A stretch of DNA of 64,000 nucleotides from Salpingoeca rosetta. Taxonomy: Eukaryota; Protista; Choanoflagellata. Position 1 is the first letter of the stretch, and each line of letters starts with the position of its first letter. Position numbers and translations under genes: made by a program. Below are positions 23,449 to 35,314 of this stretch, piece after piece. The notes below the pieces were generated by a model, which was not told the origin of the DNA, searched no databases, and saw only the letters and a list, made by a program, of their open reading frames with translations. The DNA lies in NCBI GenBank assembly GCA_033442325.1, contig JAWQFM010000022.1, forward strand, positions 186,001 through 250,000. Reading direction: 5' to 3'.

Positions 23449-25470
23449 TCATCTCTTGACGGCGACAACGACGGTGCTCTCGCGGCCGTCGAGGGAAATG
23501 CCGAGAATGTCGCTCTCGTCATCAACGGGCTCGTACCCGGCGCGCACAATCTCAAACCCAGCGCGCTCAACAGCCGCGCGCAGTACATCCGCATCCATCA
23601 CCTGGTAGCGGCGCACGTGCAGGTAGTCTGGAAACATGTGCCGTTGAAGACTTTCCGGAATGGGAAGGTAGCCCGGAAAGTGGTGCCCGAGGAATTTGCG
23701 CAATGCATAGACGTAATAAAACGCGCCCAGGCCGCGCATGAACGGGGAGTCGACCTGGATGTGGAGGAAACTCTCCGACGCCATGACGCGGTGAAGACTC
23801 TTCAACGTGCGGGTGAGGGCGGTTGGGGAGAGGAAGTGAAACACATTGGCGGCGAGCACGTGCGACACGCTGCCGCTCCTCAGCTCAGCGAGCGTCTCCG
23901 GCACCCCGCCCTCAATGCAGCGAAGGCGCGCCTTGGGGATGTTGCGGTGCTGTGCTGCTGTCTGCACGCTGGCGAGGTGGTTTGGCTCCAGATCAATGGC
24001 AATGACACGCGCGCCCTTCTCAAGCGCACCGAGCGTCGCTACACCATATGCACACCCAATCTGGCCACAGGGGTGGAAGGGGGAAGAAAAGAGGGGGTGG
24101 AGGGGGGTTGAGGGGTGATTGGTGAGGGCAGTGTGTATGTGTGTGCGTGTTGACATGTGTGTGCATGTGTGTGCATGTGTGTGTGTGTTTGCATGTGTGT
24201 GTGTGCATGTGTGTGTGTGATGAAAGCATGATGAGGTGGGCAGCGGCATAGCTACGCCAGGCAAGGGTTGTTGTAATGCAGCACAAGAACCGCAAAGGAA
24301 CACACATGCCACTGCCAATGCTAAGCAAGCAAACAAGCAATCAAGCGAGCAACCAAGCAAGATAGCAACGTACATCCATCATGGGCTGCTGTGGATTCGA
24401 TTCGGCGCGGGCAATCCACGTGTGCATGAATGCAGATGGCTCGTTCGACATCATGCCGCAGCGATTGCTCGTGACCGTATAGTTCTGGCGAAGTGGGGGG
24501 GGGGGAGACATGGTGGTGGTGGTGGTGGTGGTGGATGTGCACATCGTCAGCATGTATGCATACATGGATGGATGGATGGATGGATGGGGATAGACGGATC
24601 GCGGAAGCACACACTCACACTCGCACATGTGCACCAACGTGCACCAACGTGCATGTACGGGCGCTTGCAAGCACGCATGCAGTACCGAGTGCGGGGTTTC
24701 GGGCTGTGGTGCGGGCGTCGGGTGTGAAGGGGAGGCGGCATCTGGTGGGAGGTCGTGCGGATGTGCGGCAATCATCTCATCGAGAACAGCGGCAATGCGC
24801 TTGCACGCGTCCGAGTTCTCAATCTGCACCCAGAAGAGCTTGTCGGCCGTGGAGAAGCTGAACTTGTCTGGGGTTGCACACTCAATCATGATGGCCCCGT
24901 CCACGCACTCCGGCACAGAGTCGAGCAGCGACTGTGGGATGCCGGCCTCTGCCAGGTAGCGAAGGCAGTCTTGGTGCGTGAGCGTCTCAAATACGCTCGG
25001 GGTCATGTGCACGATGCGCCGCCTTGAATCTGCGTCGCGTGGGTGGTGCTGTGGGCGGCTGTTCTGGTCCGACGCTGCCTCGCGTCTTCCCAGCCCAGTC
25101 GACTGGGGCAAGTGTGTGTGCGCGCGTTTGGGAGAGAGGAGGGTGTGAATGAAAGGTTGTGCGTGTGGTGTGTGTGTGCGTGCGTGTGTGTGTGCGTGTG
25201 GTGTGTGTGTGTGTGTTTTGGGTTCATGCGTGAGGTAAGAAAAAGTGCGCGCACACATAAACGAACGAAAGCGGCAAACACACACACACACGCACGCACG
25301 CATTCACGTAGATACACACACGTACATACATGTATATACACACAACCGCACAGGCGCACCTGGAACATGATCTTGGCCATGATGATGCCGGCTGCAAAAG
25401 CAGCGGCACCGGTGGTCGTGATGACCTGCACGGTGAACAACAACGACGCACAGAACGAACGCAGCAGCAT
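23449..25470 (-). CDS. Class I SAM-dependent methyltransferase with a hydrophobic N-terminus and a small helical domain
   Basis: Phase-0 GT-AG exons 25470-25360, 25102-24686, 24484-24374, 24060-23449. Motif I is split by an intron (PMMD|IGCAYGVAT), followed by VIAIDL and VLAANVFHFLS. The start codon is uncertain and upstream exons are possible. Confidence 0.8.
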
Positions 25471-25494
25471 GGCGCGCCAGAAGCATATGACGGA

Positions 25495-25570
<76 letters not shown>

Positions 25571-26057
25571 GGCGTCAGAGCGTGAGAGAGTGAGAGGCGC
25601 GGGAGGATGTGTGCAAATGGGTTGAGTTGGACAGACAGGGAGTGATTGTTCATGCACGCATGGCCATGCTTGTTCATCATGGTGCTGATGAATTGCCAAA
25701 CACAAACAGACAGAAGCAACACGTGAATTGTGGGATGCGACAAGTGATTCGTGTTGGTCCCTTGTCGGATAATGTGTGTGATGCGTGATGTGTGTGTGGC
25801 ATGTGTGTTCACGCCTTGTTGTGGCTTCAAGGTAACCAACCCAGAGGAAGCTTCGACTGCTTGGCATCCGAGACGACGTGGTGGAGGGGTTGAGGGGGAC
25901 AGGAAGCGGTGGGTGGAAAGTTGTGTGTCGCGTTGGCGTTGTGGTGGCACGAAAGAAGCAGCACAGCAGCAGCAGAGCAGCGTGGAAAATGAATACACGA
26001 CACCACAAATTGATCGAGAAGAAGGCCTTGGAAGAGGAAGGACGACGACGATGAACG

Positions 26058-26190
26058 ATGATGGACACTGCGACGCTGAACACGGTGTTTGGTGCTGTGG
26101 TCGCCTTTGGCGGCCTCATGGGCTACCTCAAGAAGAAGTCCCTTCCATCCCTGTCAGTCAATTGACGCGCGCGCACCCGCGCGTGAGTGA

Positions 26191-26255
<65 letters not shown>

Positions 26256-27059
26256 GAGGGTGGGACAAATGCACGCACTGTGTGCACAGTTTGACATTGG
26301 TGACAGCACACTCGCAAGCGAACTCACACACTCGCAAGCGAACTCACACACTCACAAGCTAACTCACACACCCACAAGCGAACTCACACACCCACAAGCG
26401 AACTCACACACTCACACACTCACATGCGCATGTTTCCGTTCAAAGGATCGCTGGTGGTGGCAGTGGCCTCGCTTATGCCGTGACTGGGTAAGATAGCTAT
26501 GGTTGTTATGTGTGTGTGTTGATGGAAGCTGTTGTAACTGTCTGCAAAGCGATGTCACATGCACTGTCGCAAATAGGTTGAACGCACTCACACACAAACG
26601 CACGCGCACACACACACACACGCACTCACTCACACACAAACGCACACACGCACTCATAAACACTCACTCACACGCACACACACACACGCACACATGTTTG
26701 ATGTGAACGCAGCTACTTGATTCGGTCCGGCAATGAGAGCGCTGGCATCAACACTGCGATTCTGCTCTCCCTCGTGCTCGCCATCGTGATGGGTCGCAGG
26801 TCGGTGTACCGTGCGTGCTGTAGCTGGTGCTAAACTAAAAAAGCAACAGTCGCCACCAACCCTGCTCTGCTGCCTACGTTTCTATTCTTCACGCAATACA
26901 CCCTCCTCGCTGCTTCTCACCGCTCATCGCTTCTCATCTCGCCCGCGTTCTCCATTCTCTAGGGCCGCCAAGGCAAAGAAGTTCATGCCTGCCGGCCTTG
27001 TTGCCGCCATTGCCTCTGCAGCTCTGCTTGTCAATGGCAAGCGCGCCTTGGAAATGTAA
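26058..27059 (+). CDS. TMEM14: TMEM14-family small membrane protein, 4 exons
   Basis: FGAVVAFGGLMGYLKKKSLPSL|IAGGGSGLAY ... LAIVMGRR|AAKAKKFMPAGLVA match the TMEM14 signatures GGxxGYxKxxSxPSLxAG and KFMPAGL. Confidence 0.9.
26311..26410. repeat. 20-bp minisatellite x5 (CYCRCAAGCKAACTCACACA)
   Basis: Five tandem near-identical units in TMEM14 intron 1. Confidence 0.9.
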
Positions 27060-27075
27060 ACGCCGTGTGTGTGTG

Positions 27076-27113
<38 letters not shown>

Positions 27114-27507
27114 CATGTGTGTTCATGTGTGTGTTCATGTGTGTTCATGTGTGTGTTTGTGTCTGCGTACCTGTGTGTGTGTGTGTGTGTGTGTGTTTAC
27201 CCGACTTTGTCCTGCGAGTAACTCCTCCCACCCCCTGCAACCCTCCAATCTCTGTCAGCCTGTCCGTCTTTCTGCGTTGAGTCTCTTCAACCATCGTATG
27301 TCAGTCAATCTTTACGAAGTCTGCGACAACCTTCTAAAATCCAACGACGACGCACGCTCGCTGAACCACAAATGTCAAGGTCGAACCTCCCATCAGGGCC
27401 ACAACCCAACGTTCATGTACACACAAAGAAAGGAAGGAAGCCAGCAGCTAGCCACCTGCACCTATGCACATGTCCATGCCTTCCTCACCCCCTTGCTAAC
27501 GCCTCCC

Positions 27508-28524
27508 TCACGTCTTTGTGAAGTGGGGGTTGATGTCCTCCTCTGCTTCGTCTGCGCCGCCGATAAACGACCTGTTCCGATGCCGCTGCTCCGGCCCAAC
27601 ACCAGCACCGCCATCAGCCACTCCCGCACCATCGCCACCGCCATCCGCATCCTCCACGACAATCTCGTGTGGGAGGCGCGTGAGCATGGCACAGTACAGG
27701 TTGTCTGTGCGCAGCCGCTGGGCAGGGTCGGTTGCCGACGCGTCCTTGAGCTTTGCAATGAACTGGCGGGTGGCAGCTGCCATGTCGTCGTCGTCGCGTG
27801 AGAGCATCTCCTTCAGGTGCCGCAGCATGGGCAGCACCTCCACGGGGGACACGGCCCGCTGGGCGTCGCAGTCAAACACCTGCACCCGCTCGTCGCTCAG
27901 CAGCTCGTGGAAGGCGTGCACAGCGGAGATGCCCTGGATCAGGCCCTTCCCAGGCACCACATCCCCCATGCTCGGGCACAGCTCCCCGCGGCCCAGCCGC
28001 TCGCCGTACCATGCGTTCCGCCCCTTGAGCAGCGTCACGTATGTGTCTGCGAGGAGTGGTCCTTGAAGGTCGTCTGGCCGTTCTGACAGCAGGCGCGTGA
28101 TGAACACCATCTCTGCTGCGGCGTTGCTGAAGTACACGGCCTTGCTTGTGGCGCTGTTGTTGGTGGCTGCCGTGGTGATGCCCATGCCGATTGCATACAC
28201 GTTCTTCAGGCCGCCCATCACCTCGTGCGTGATCACATCGGGGCTTGTCCACACCACAAAATTGTCGTTCCGGATAAAGTCTGCCAGAGCCGTTCGCACC
28301 GCCCGCACACCGCCGCAGATGCGCGCGTTTGCGTACTCCCCGCGCCAAATCTCAGCAGCAATGTTCGGGCCGCCTGTGTGCGTCAGATGTGGTGGGGGGG
28401 GGGGGGAGGGGAAGGGGTGTGGTAAGGAGGGGGGGGGAGTTGAGTGTGTGTGTTTGATTGGATGGGGGGGTGTCAGGACGCACCAAAACACAGCAGTGGT
28501 CAAGGGATACATCCCGCACACACA

Positions 28525-28580
<56 letters not shown>

Positions 28581-29596
28581 CGCACACATACACACACACA
28601 CACACAAGCGCGCGCGCCTGACCGAGGTAGAAGCAGCGGTCCATGGGCACGCCGCCAGCCTCGTGGATGATGCGGGTTGGCGTGATGATGTGCGGATGGG
28701 GCTCCAGCCGCGTCTCCACACCCTTGGATAAGGATATGACAAAGGGCATGGGGTTGTCCCTGTTGCGTGTCTGCTTCAGGATGCGCCCCACTTTCTCAAA
28801 CACCGCGCGCGTCTCTGTTGATGGCAGCCCGTTCACAATCACATCCGCGTCGTACACGGCCTCCTCCAGCTCTGTTGTCACCTGTGAAGGAAGGGTTGGA
28901 AAAGGGGGAAAGTGTTCATGGAACGTGTGGTGAATGTCACAGTCGAGTATTGGCCGCACTTGCACGATTCTACTCGATGTACACGCGAGTCTGCGCGCAG
29001 ACGCGCACACAGGCGTACACAAACAGACAGAATACGTGCCCCAGTCGCACTCATGCACACGCACGCACGCACGCACATACACACACGTACACACACGTGC
29101 ACAAACTCACACAATCACACGTGCGCACCTTCAAGGGGCAAAGAGGGCAGTCTGGGAGGTTGAGGCAAAAGCCGTCGCGGAGCATCTCGCAGGCTGTGAG
29201 GGTGCGGTCGCCAAGCCGAGCGGAGACGTACTTGAGGTACACGCTGCTGTTGCGCAGGCGCCGCAACACAGCCTCGTCTGCGTTGACGACATCCATCACG
29301 TGCGTCACCACCTCCTTGCTCACTGTGCGGCCGCCACGGCGCCAGATGGTAATGTCCACCAGGTCTGGCGCCTGCCCGTACATCTCCTGCAGCATGGCCA
29401 TGAACACGGCGCCCCAAGCGCCTGCGCCCAAGCCCACGATGCGCAGGGGCCGGCTGCCGCTGGCCACGGACGCAAGCCGGCCAACCGCGTTGCGGGCACC
29501 ATTGTTGTTGAGCCCAAGCGCGTCGCACAGCGCCTGCACGCGTTCCCGAATCACACCCAGCGGTAACCGCCGTCCATGACACCCATCATCGTCCAT
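27508..29596 (-). CDS. GPDHC1: NAD+-dependent glycerol-3-phosphate dehydrogenase, plant cytosolic (GPDHc) type, 3 coding exons
   Basis: [121 protein letters not shown]. Confidence 0.93.
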
Positions 29597-29615
29597 GGTG
29601 GTCTGCTGTTTATGG

Positions 29616-29660
<45 letters not shown>

Positions 29661-29806
29661 TGTGTGTGTGTGTGTGCAGGTGTGTGTGCAGGTGTGTGTG
29701 CAGGTGTGTGTGCTGTGATGTGAGCTTGATCAAGGTACGAAAGAATATTTGCTCTCCTGTCCACAATCTTCACAACTTGCAAACAGAAGAAGGACAACAA
29801 CAAAAG

Positions 29807-32800
29807 ATGGCAACAACCGCCCTGCACGTCGTTGAAGTGGGTGGTCGGTGGTAGACGGCGGAGCGACAGTGTCCCCTGCTTCCTTCTTCTTGGCACTGCT
29901 TGCTTGCGTTGCTTGCTTGCATCCTCTCACTCCTCCAGCTCTGCCTTGCCGCTTTCTCTTGCCTCGAGTGGCACTGCTAAGCACTTACGCTTTGACGGTC
30001 CTGTGCTGATCAACAGCTGTGCTCTTCTGCTCTCGTGCTACCACCTGCTGCAGAACTTGCGAGGGCAGCCGGTCGTGGGCTGCACGGATGTGCTGGTGAC
30101 CTGGGATCGGCCGAGCGCATCCACATCTTCCCACATTTACCGCCTGTACCGGCGCCCAAAGGCTGACGACGCCCATTGGACAAAGGTCGCCGAGGGAAAG
30201 GACGTCACAGAGGCAAGGGCAGGCCAGCTCAAGCCATACACGCTGTACGAGGTGCGACAAGAGACCACAAGGATGGACGGATTGAGTTGAGGGCAACCAC
30301 ACCTTGGCTCGAGTTGAGGGGCCATGTAGTGTTGCTGGTGTGCTTGCTCTCTGCTGGTATTAGCCACGCACGTTGCCTGCAGGCAAGCTGCTTTTGACTT
30401 TTGTTTTTCTCCAAATGCGCTACCTGCCATGTGCTCCAGTTTTGCGTTCAGACCATCGGCCTTGTCACCGGCGACGGGCCAAAGTCCGCGCCCATCACCG
30501 TGCGCACGCCCCCAGGTTGGAGGAGGGGGTGAAGTTGCCTTGGGCTGTTGTATCTCGGCATGGTGCTTGTGTTGCTTGAGAGGCTGATGCTGCCTTGTTC
30601 GAAAAAACTTCTTATGCATTCCCACATAGCAAGGAGATGACTTTTGCCACTGACAAGGTTCACTGACTGCACTCACGATTTGTGTGCGGGCTGACTCCTG
30701 CCCTTGCGCTTGCTTGCTTAGCTGCCCCTGGAGACAGCCCGCAGAACTTCCGCGTGACTGCGCGGACCACAGATACGATCACCGTTGCCTGGGAGCCGCC
30801 AAAACAGCCACATGGACCCCTCACATCCTTCCAGTGCGTTGGGAATGTATGTGTGTGTGTGTGTGTGTGTGTGCGTGTGTGTGTGTGTGTGTGTGTATGT
30901 GTGTGCATGTGGTGTGTGTGTTTTTGAGTGTGTGTGTGTGAGAGAGAGTGAATTGTATGGGACTCTGTGCAGTGCGACAAGCCGCTTCTTCCAGCCGTCT
31001 AGCGCTCAACACGTGTTATCCCTTCTGTTCTGTTCTGTTTGCACTGCACTGCAGTCTCTTCTATGATGATCCATCACGAGCAGACTATGTGGAAGTGAGC
31101 CTGCCCGCCACAGCAACTACCTACACGGCACGGCACCTGTTCTCAGGCCGCCCGTACCGCTTCCAAAGTCAGTCAACCCTGCTGTACTGGTGCCCTTCTA
31201 TATGACGACCGCGTACACCTGTTGCACACCGTGCGGACCTGCGAATATCGCACGACGGTTGACACACACACACACACACGCACACATACACACGCACACA
31301 CACACACACTCACTCGCTCACTCACTCACTCACTCACTCACACACACACACTCTCACTCACTCACTTTCTCTCTCTGTCTCTCTCTGTCTGTCACTCACA
31401 CACACACACTCTCTCACACACACTCTCTCACAAACACACTCACTCTCTCACAAACACACACGCACGCGCACACACGCAGTCTTTGCTAGCACGGGCGCAG
31501 GGGAAGGCCCCCACACGCCTATCCTCGTCACGGAGACGGCACAGTCGCTCACAGAGCGCGTGGCAACCGCGCACCGCGCCACATCCTCCCAATCGTCCTC
31601 GTCAACATCAACCGTGCCGGTGAGTCCTATGTGTTGTGGTGTGGTGTGTGAGAGAAGGGGGATCTTGTTGGTGAGTTTGTTTCTGACTGTGTTTGTGTGT
31701 CTGCCTGCCTGTCTGCCTGCCTGTGTTCGGTGCACACATCATATACGTGACACAACATGTTGTTCGGGGCTCTCACGAACACTTTCACTTTTGTTGCTGC
31801 AACAAGGGGTCCATCTCGGGGAGAGAGCAAGTGACATCGCGAGTGCAGTTTGTGGAGGAAGCAAAGCCCACGCCAATCACCCGTGGATCGCTCACCGCGA
31901 TGATCCCAGCAGGCCCTCGCACGTCGACGCGCGCACAAGATGGTGCGCTGTGTACGCCAGCATGCTAGCTTGCAAGTGCAGTGTGCGCCCTGTTGTTGTC
32001 TTGGGTGCTGTACACTGCTTCTACACCCTATAACCATCTTTTTCCAGCGCTTTGCTGGTGTACCGTTGTGTGGATTTGTGCTGACGCTATCATCCTTGTG
32101 CTTGCATGCAGTGGCGGGCCAGTTGGGTCGAACAACACTGAGTGAGGAAGCAGAGACAGTGGCCACTGGCAATGACACGGCGCTCCCCGGCGAGACGACG
32201 GCCAATCGCAGCGAAGACACACGCGCAGGAACACCACCACAAGATGATGCGTCAAAGCAAGATGCCGGAACAGGTTCGTGTATATTTCCTGTGGTTTCGT
32301 GGAGGCCTTTGTGAACCACTGCGCGAGCACATGCACGCTCGCTCTCACACGCTTGCGTTGTCGTTACTCGCGATCCCAGGCTCCCGTCGCAAGCCCGGCT
32401 TTACGCTCATGGCACCTCGATCAACCTCCGATGTGCGTGTGTGTGTGTGTTGTGTACGGGTGTGTGCTTGTGTGTGTGTGCGTGTGTGTGTGCGTGTGTA
32501 TGTTTGTGTGCGTGTGTGTGTGTTGTATGTGTGTGTATGTGTATGTTTGTGTGTTTGTTGTTGTTGTGTGTGTGTGTGTGTATGTGTACACCCGCATCTA
32601 CATTCGCACGTGTGATCCTTTTGCGATTCCAACATTTATCAAATCTGCTTTGCACAGCAACCGAGCGTACTGCAGCGTTGGCAACATGGTCAAGACAAAG
32701 ACTCGGGGCAAGGTGGCCAAGCATCCGCCCGCCAGAAGGTTTGGGACATGACTCTGATGCCCCACCCTGCTCTTTCTTCTTGCCGTGCCAGCGAATTCAA

Positions 32801-33271
32801 CTGCCATGCCTGCGCGCTCACCATTGGCGCTTGGCGTGCTGCATGTGTGGCCTGTCCCTTGTACTGCAGCCAACGCGGGTGGAGGTGCTGACTGGAAATC
32901 AGGTGTCACGCGGTGCGTTTGTGCGACAAGACACCGGCACGCCAATGGAAGCAGGTACAGGTTGCATGTTGTGTGTGTGTGTGTGTGAACATGAAACATG
33001 TGCTCGTGCTTTGCTGCGCAGCCCATTCTCGCACAGCGCGTTGAACTCCACTCCCACGCCTTGCCTGTTGTGTGTTCCACTCACTGCTCATCGTCGCAGA
33101 TGAGGTGCTGAGGTCCATCCGCAGCACCACGGGCACGATTCGAGGCAAGCGGCATGGCGTGCGCGCCAAGTTGGAGGTCCTCACGCACCGCGGCGTCGCA
33201 CTTCAGGACGACGAGCTCTCACGCATCTACGAGGTGTGTGGTGTATGTGCATGTGTGTGTGCGCGCGTGTA

Positions 33272-33302
<31 letters not shown>

Positions 33303-34883
33303 GTGTGTGTGTGTGTGTGGCTGTCATAGTGTCATGATGACGGTCTTCTTCCTTCTTCTTTTTCTTCCGCTCTCTCTGCTGGCATCACCTCAGTGTGTGG
33401 CGTAGTGTTCCCCTCTCTCCGTTGACCCTCGCTGACGCTCGATGTCAACGACAGGAGGAGCGGGATGGCAGCATTGTCGTGTACATCTCGGGGGTACAGG
33501 CTGTGCGAGAAACTTTCCAGCGATGTGAAGACATCAAGAAGGTTGTGTGTGGTGTGCGGTGTGTTTGGAACAAGGGGGACTGTATTTGAGGTGTTGTGCG
33601 TGTTCTGGGAATGAGTCGCAAGTGCCTCACAACAGCGCAATGTGCATCTCTGCTCGATGTTCTGACTGGCGACAGCTGCTGTACAACCTGCGGCTCAAGG
33701 TCGTGTACAAGGACATCTCCCTCGATGCTGGTGTAAGTTTCCACCTTGGGGAAGGGAGGGAGTGTGCTGGGTGAACACATTTTGTATGAGCCGTTGCCAG
33801 CCTCAGGTGTGTCTTGATTGACACCCTGTTCTCGCCATGCGTGTGTGCAGTATGCAAGCGAGCTGAAGAAGCGATGTGGAGCCGGCGCAACCGTGCCGCA
33901 AGTGTTTGTCAACGGCATCCACTTTGGGGTAAGTGCATTTGGAGGAGGAGGGGGAGGAGAAACGTGTGTGAATGTGTGTGTGTGTGTGTGTGTGCGTGCG
34001 TGTGCGTCTGTTCTGTGACAGTTGTTCGCCTGACACGCACACGGCTTGCCTGCAAGCAAGCAAGCAAGGAAGGAAGGAAGGAAGGAAGTTATCTGCTGCT
34101 GCATGCTTTCTTTCACACACACACACACACACACACTCACTCACTCACTCACTTGCACACACTCTCTCACTTACACACTCACTCACTCACTCACACACAC
34201 ACACTCTCTCACACACACACACACACTCTCTCTCACACACTCACACACACTCTCTCACTTACACACACACGCACACTGTGTGCAGGACTACAAACGGGTG
34301 ATGGAGATGAACGAAGCCGGAGAGCTGCAGCCGACATTGCAGGGATTCGAGGTGAGCGTGTTTGCTTTGGCTCTCTGACACGCGTGTATGTGTGAGCTGA
34401 AAAGCATGTACTCTATGTGTCTGTTTGAATATCTCTTCGTTCATTGCCTGCTCTTCCTCTCGCGCCAAACACAGCAAGAGAAACCGGTCGAGGAGTGCTC
34501 CGCGTGCGGTGGACGTGGCTTCATCAACTGTACTTGGTGCCAAGGTGAGCAGTGTGCGTGCGTGTGTGCGTGCGTGTGTGTGTGTGTGTGTGCGTGCGTG
34601 CGTGTGTGTGTGACTTGGAACTGTACACGGAACAGCACAGAAGAAACAAAGCTTTTTTTTTTGTATCTGTTTGAATGACGCTTCGTTCATGACTCTTGGT
34701 TCACCGTTGTTCTTCCACCGCCACAACCACCATTTGTGGGGCCCGCACTGCTTGCTCCTACCGTTGCTTGCAGGCTCCAAGAAGAGCATCGCCCACCCAT
34801 TCGATCACAGCGGATCACAGAACAAGGCGCTCCGCTGTACCGTCTGCAACGAAATTGGCCTCATTCGATGCCCAAGGTGCTAG
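29807..34883 (+). CDS. GRXCR1: Protein with two FN3 domains, a low-complexity linker, and a GRXCR-type glutaredoxin domain with a Cys-rich C-terminus
   Basis: FN3 #1: VTWDRP...LKPYTLYE|[18 protein letters not shown]3 #2: [21 protein letters not shown]...[21 protein letters not shown]. Then [46 protein letters not shown], and [35 protein letters not shown]. The start ATG 29807 ([10 protein letters not shown]|GT) is inferred, and the linker exons are only loosely resolved. Confidence 0.8.
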
Positions 34884-35314
34884 CTCGCAATGTGGTGTGC
34901 GTGTTTGTTTGGAGAATGGGAGGGAATTGCCAAGGGAAGCTGAAGATGTTCGCATTGCTTGCTGGTGCGGTTTTGGCGTGGTGGTGTGTGTAATGTGCGG
35001 GTGTCCACTGAAGCAGTCATGGGAATGGCAGAGACCTTGTGTAACATAAACGATCTCAAAAGAAGCAACCATGCAAGGTAGAACGAGGAGCAAAGGGGGG
35101 GGGGGGTGAGGAAAAAAGAAAGGAAACGTGTCAACGAAAGCAGGGCGAAGGAAATGAAAGGAAAACAAGAGGAGAGTGGATGGTGTGCAACGTAAGGGAG
35201 GTGGAAGTGGCTAAGTGGTGGGATGAACAACAACGATAGCAGCACGAAAAGACAAAAAGGAAGGGTGAGTGAGAGTGTGTGTGTTTTGTGTGGTGGAGAG
35301 ACGTCAGATCACGA

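Noticed and set aside
26311-26410. Regular short repeats as a possible CRISPR array (also 4131-4190 and about 57737-57780)
   Set aside because: The units are directly tandem with no unique spacers, no cas genes are present, and they sit in eukaryotic introns.
33328-33440. Possible intronic C/D-box snoRNA (ATGATGA ... CTGA with a short terminal stem)
   Set aside because: The CTGAC lies about 20 nt from the acceptor and is better explained as the branch point. I recognise no rRNA-complementary guide. A snoscan or Infernal search would settle it.
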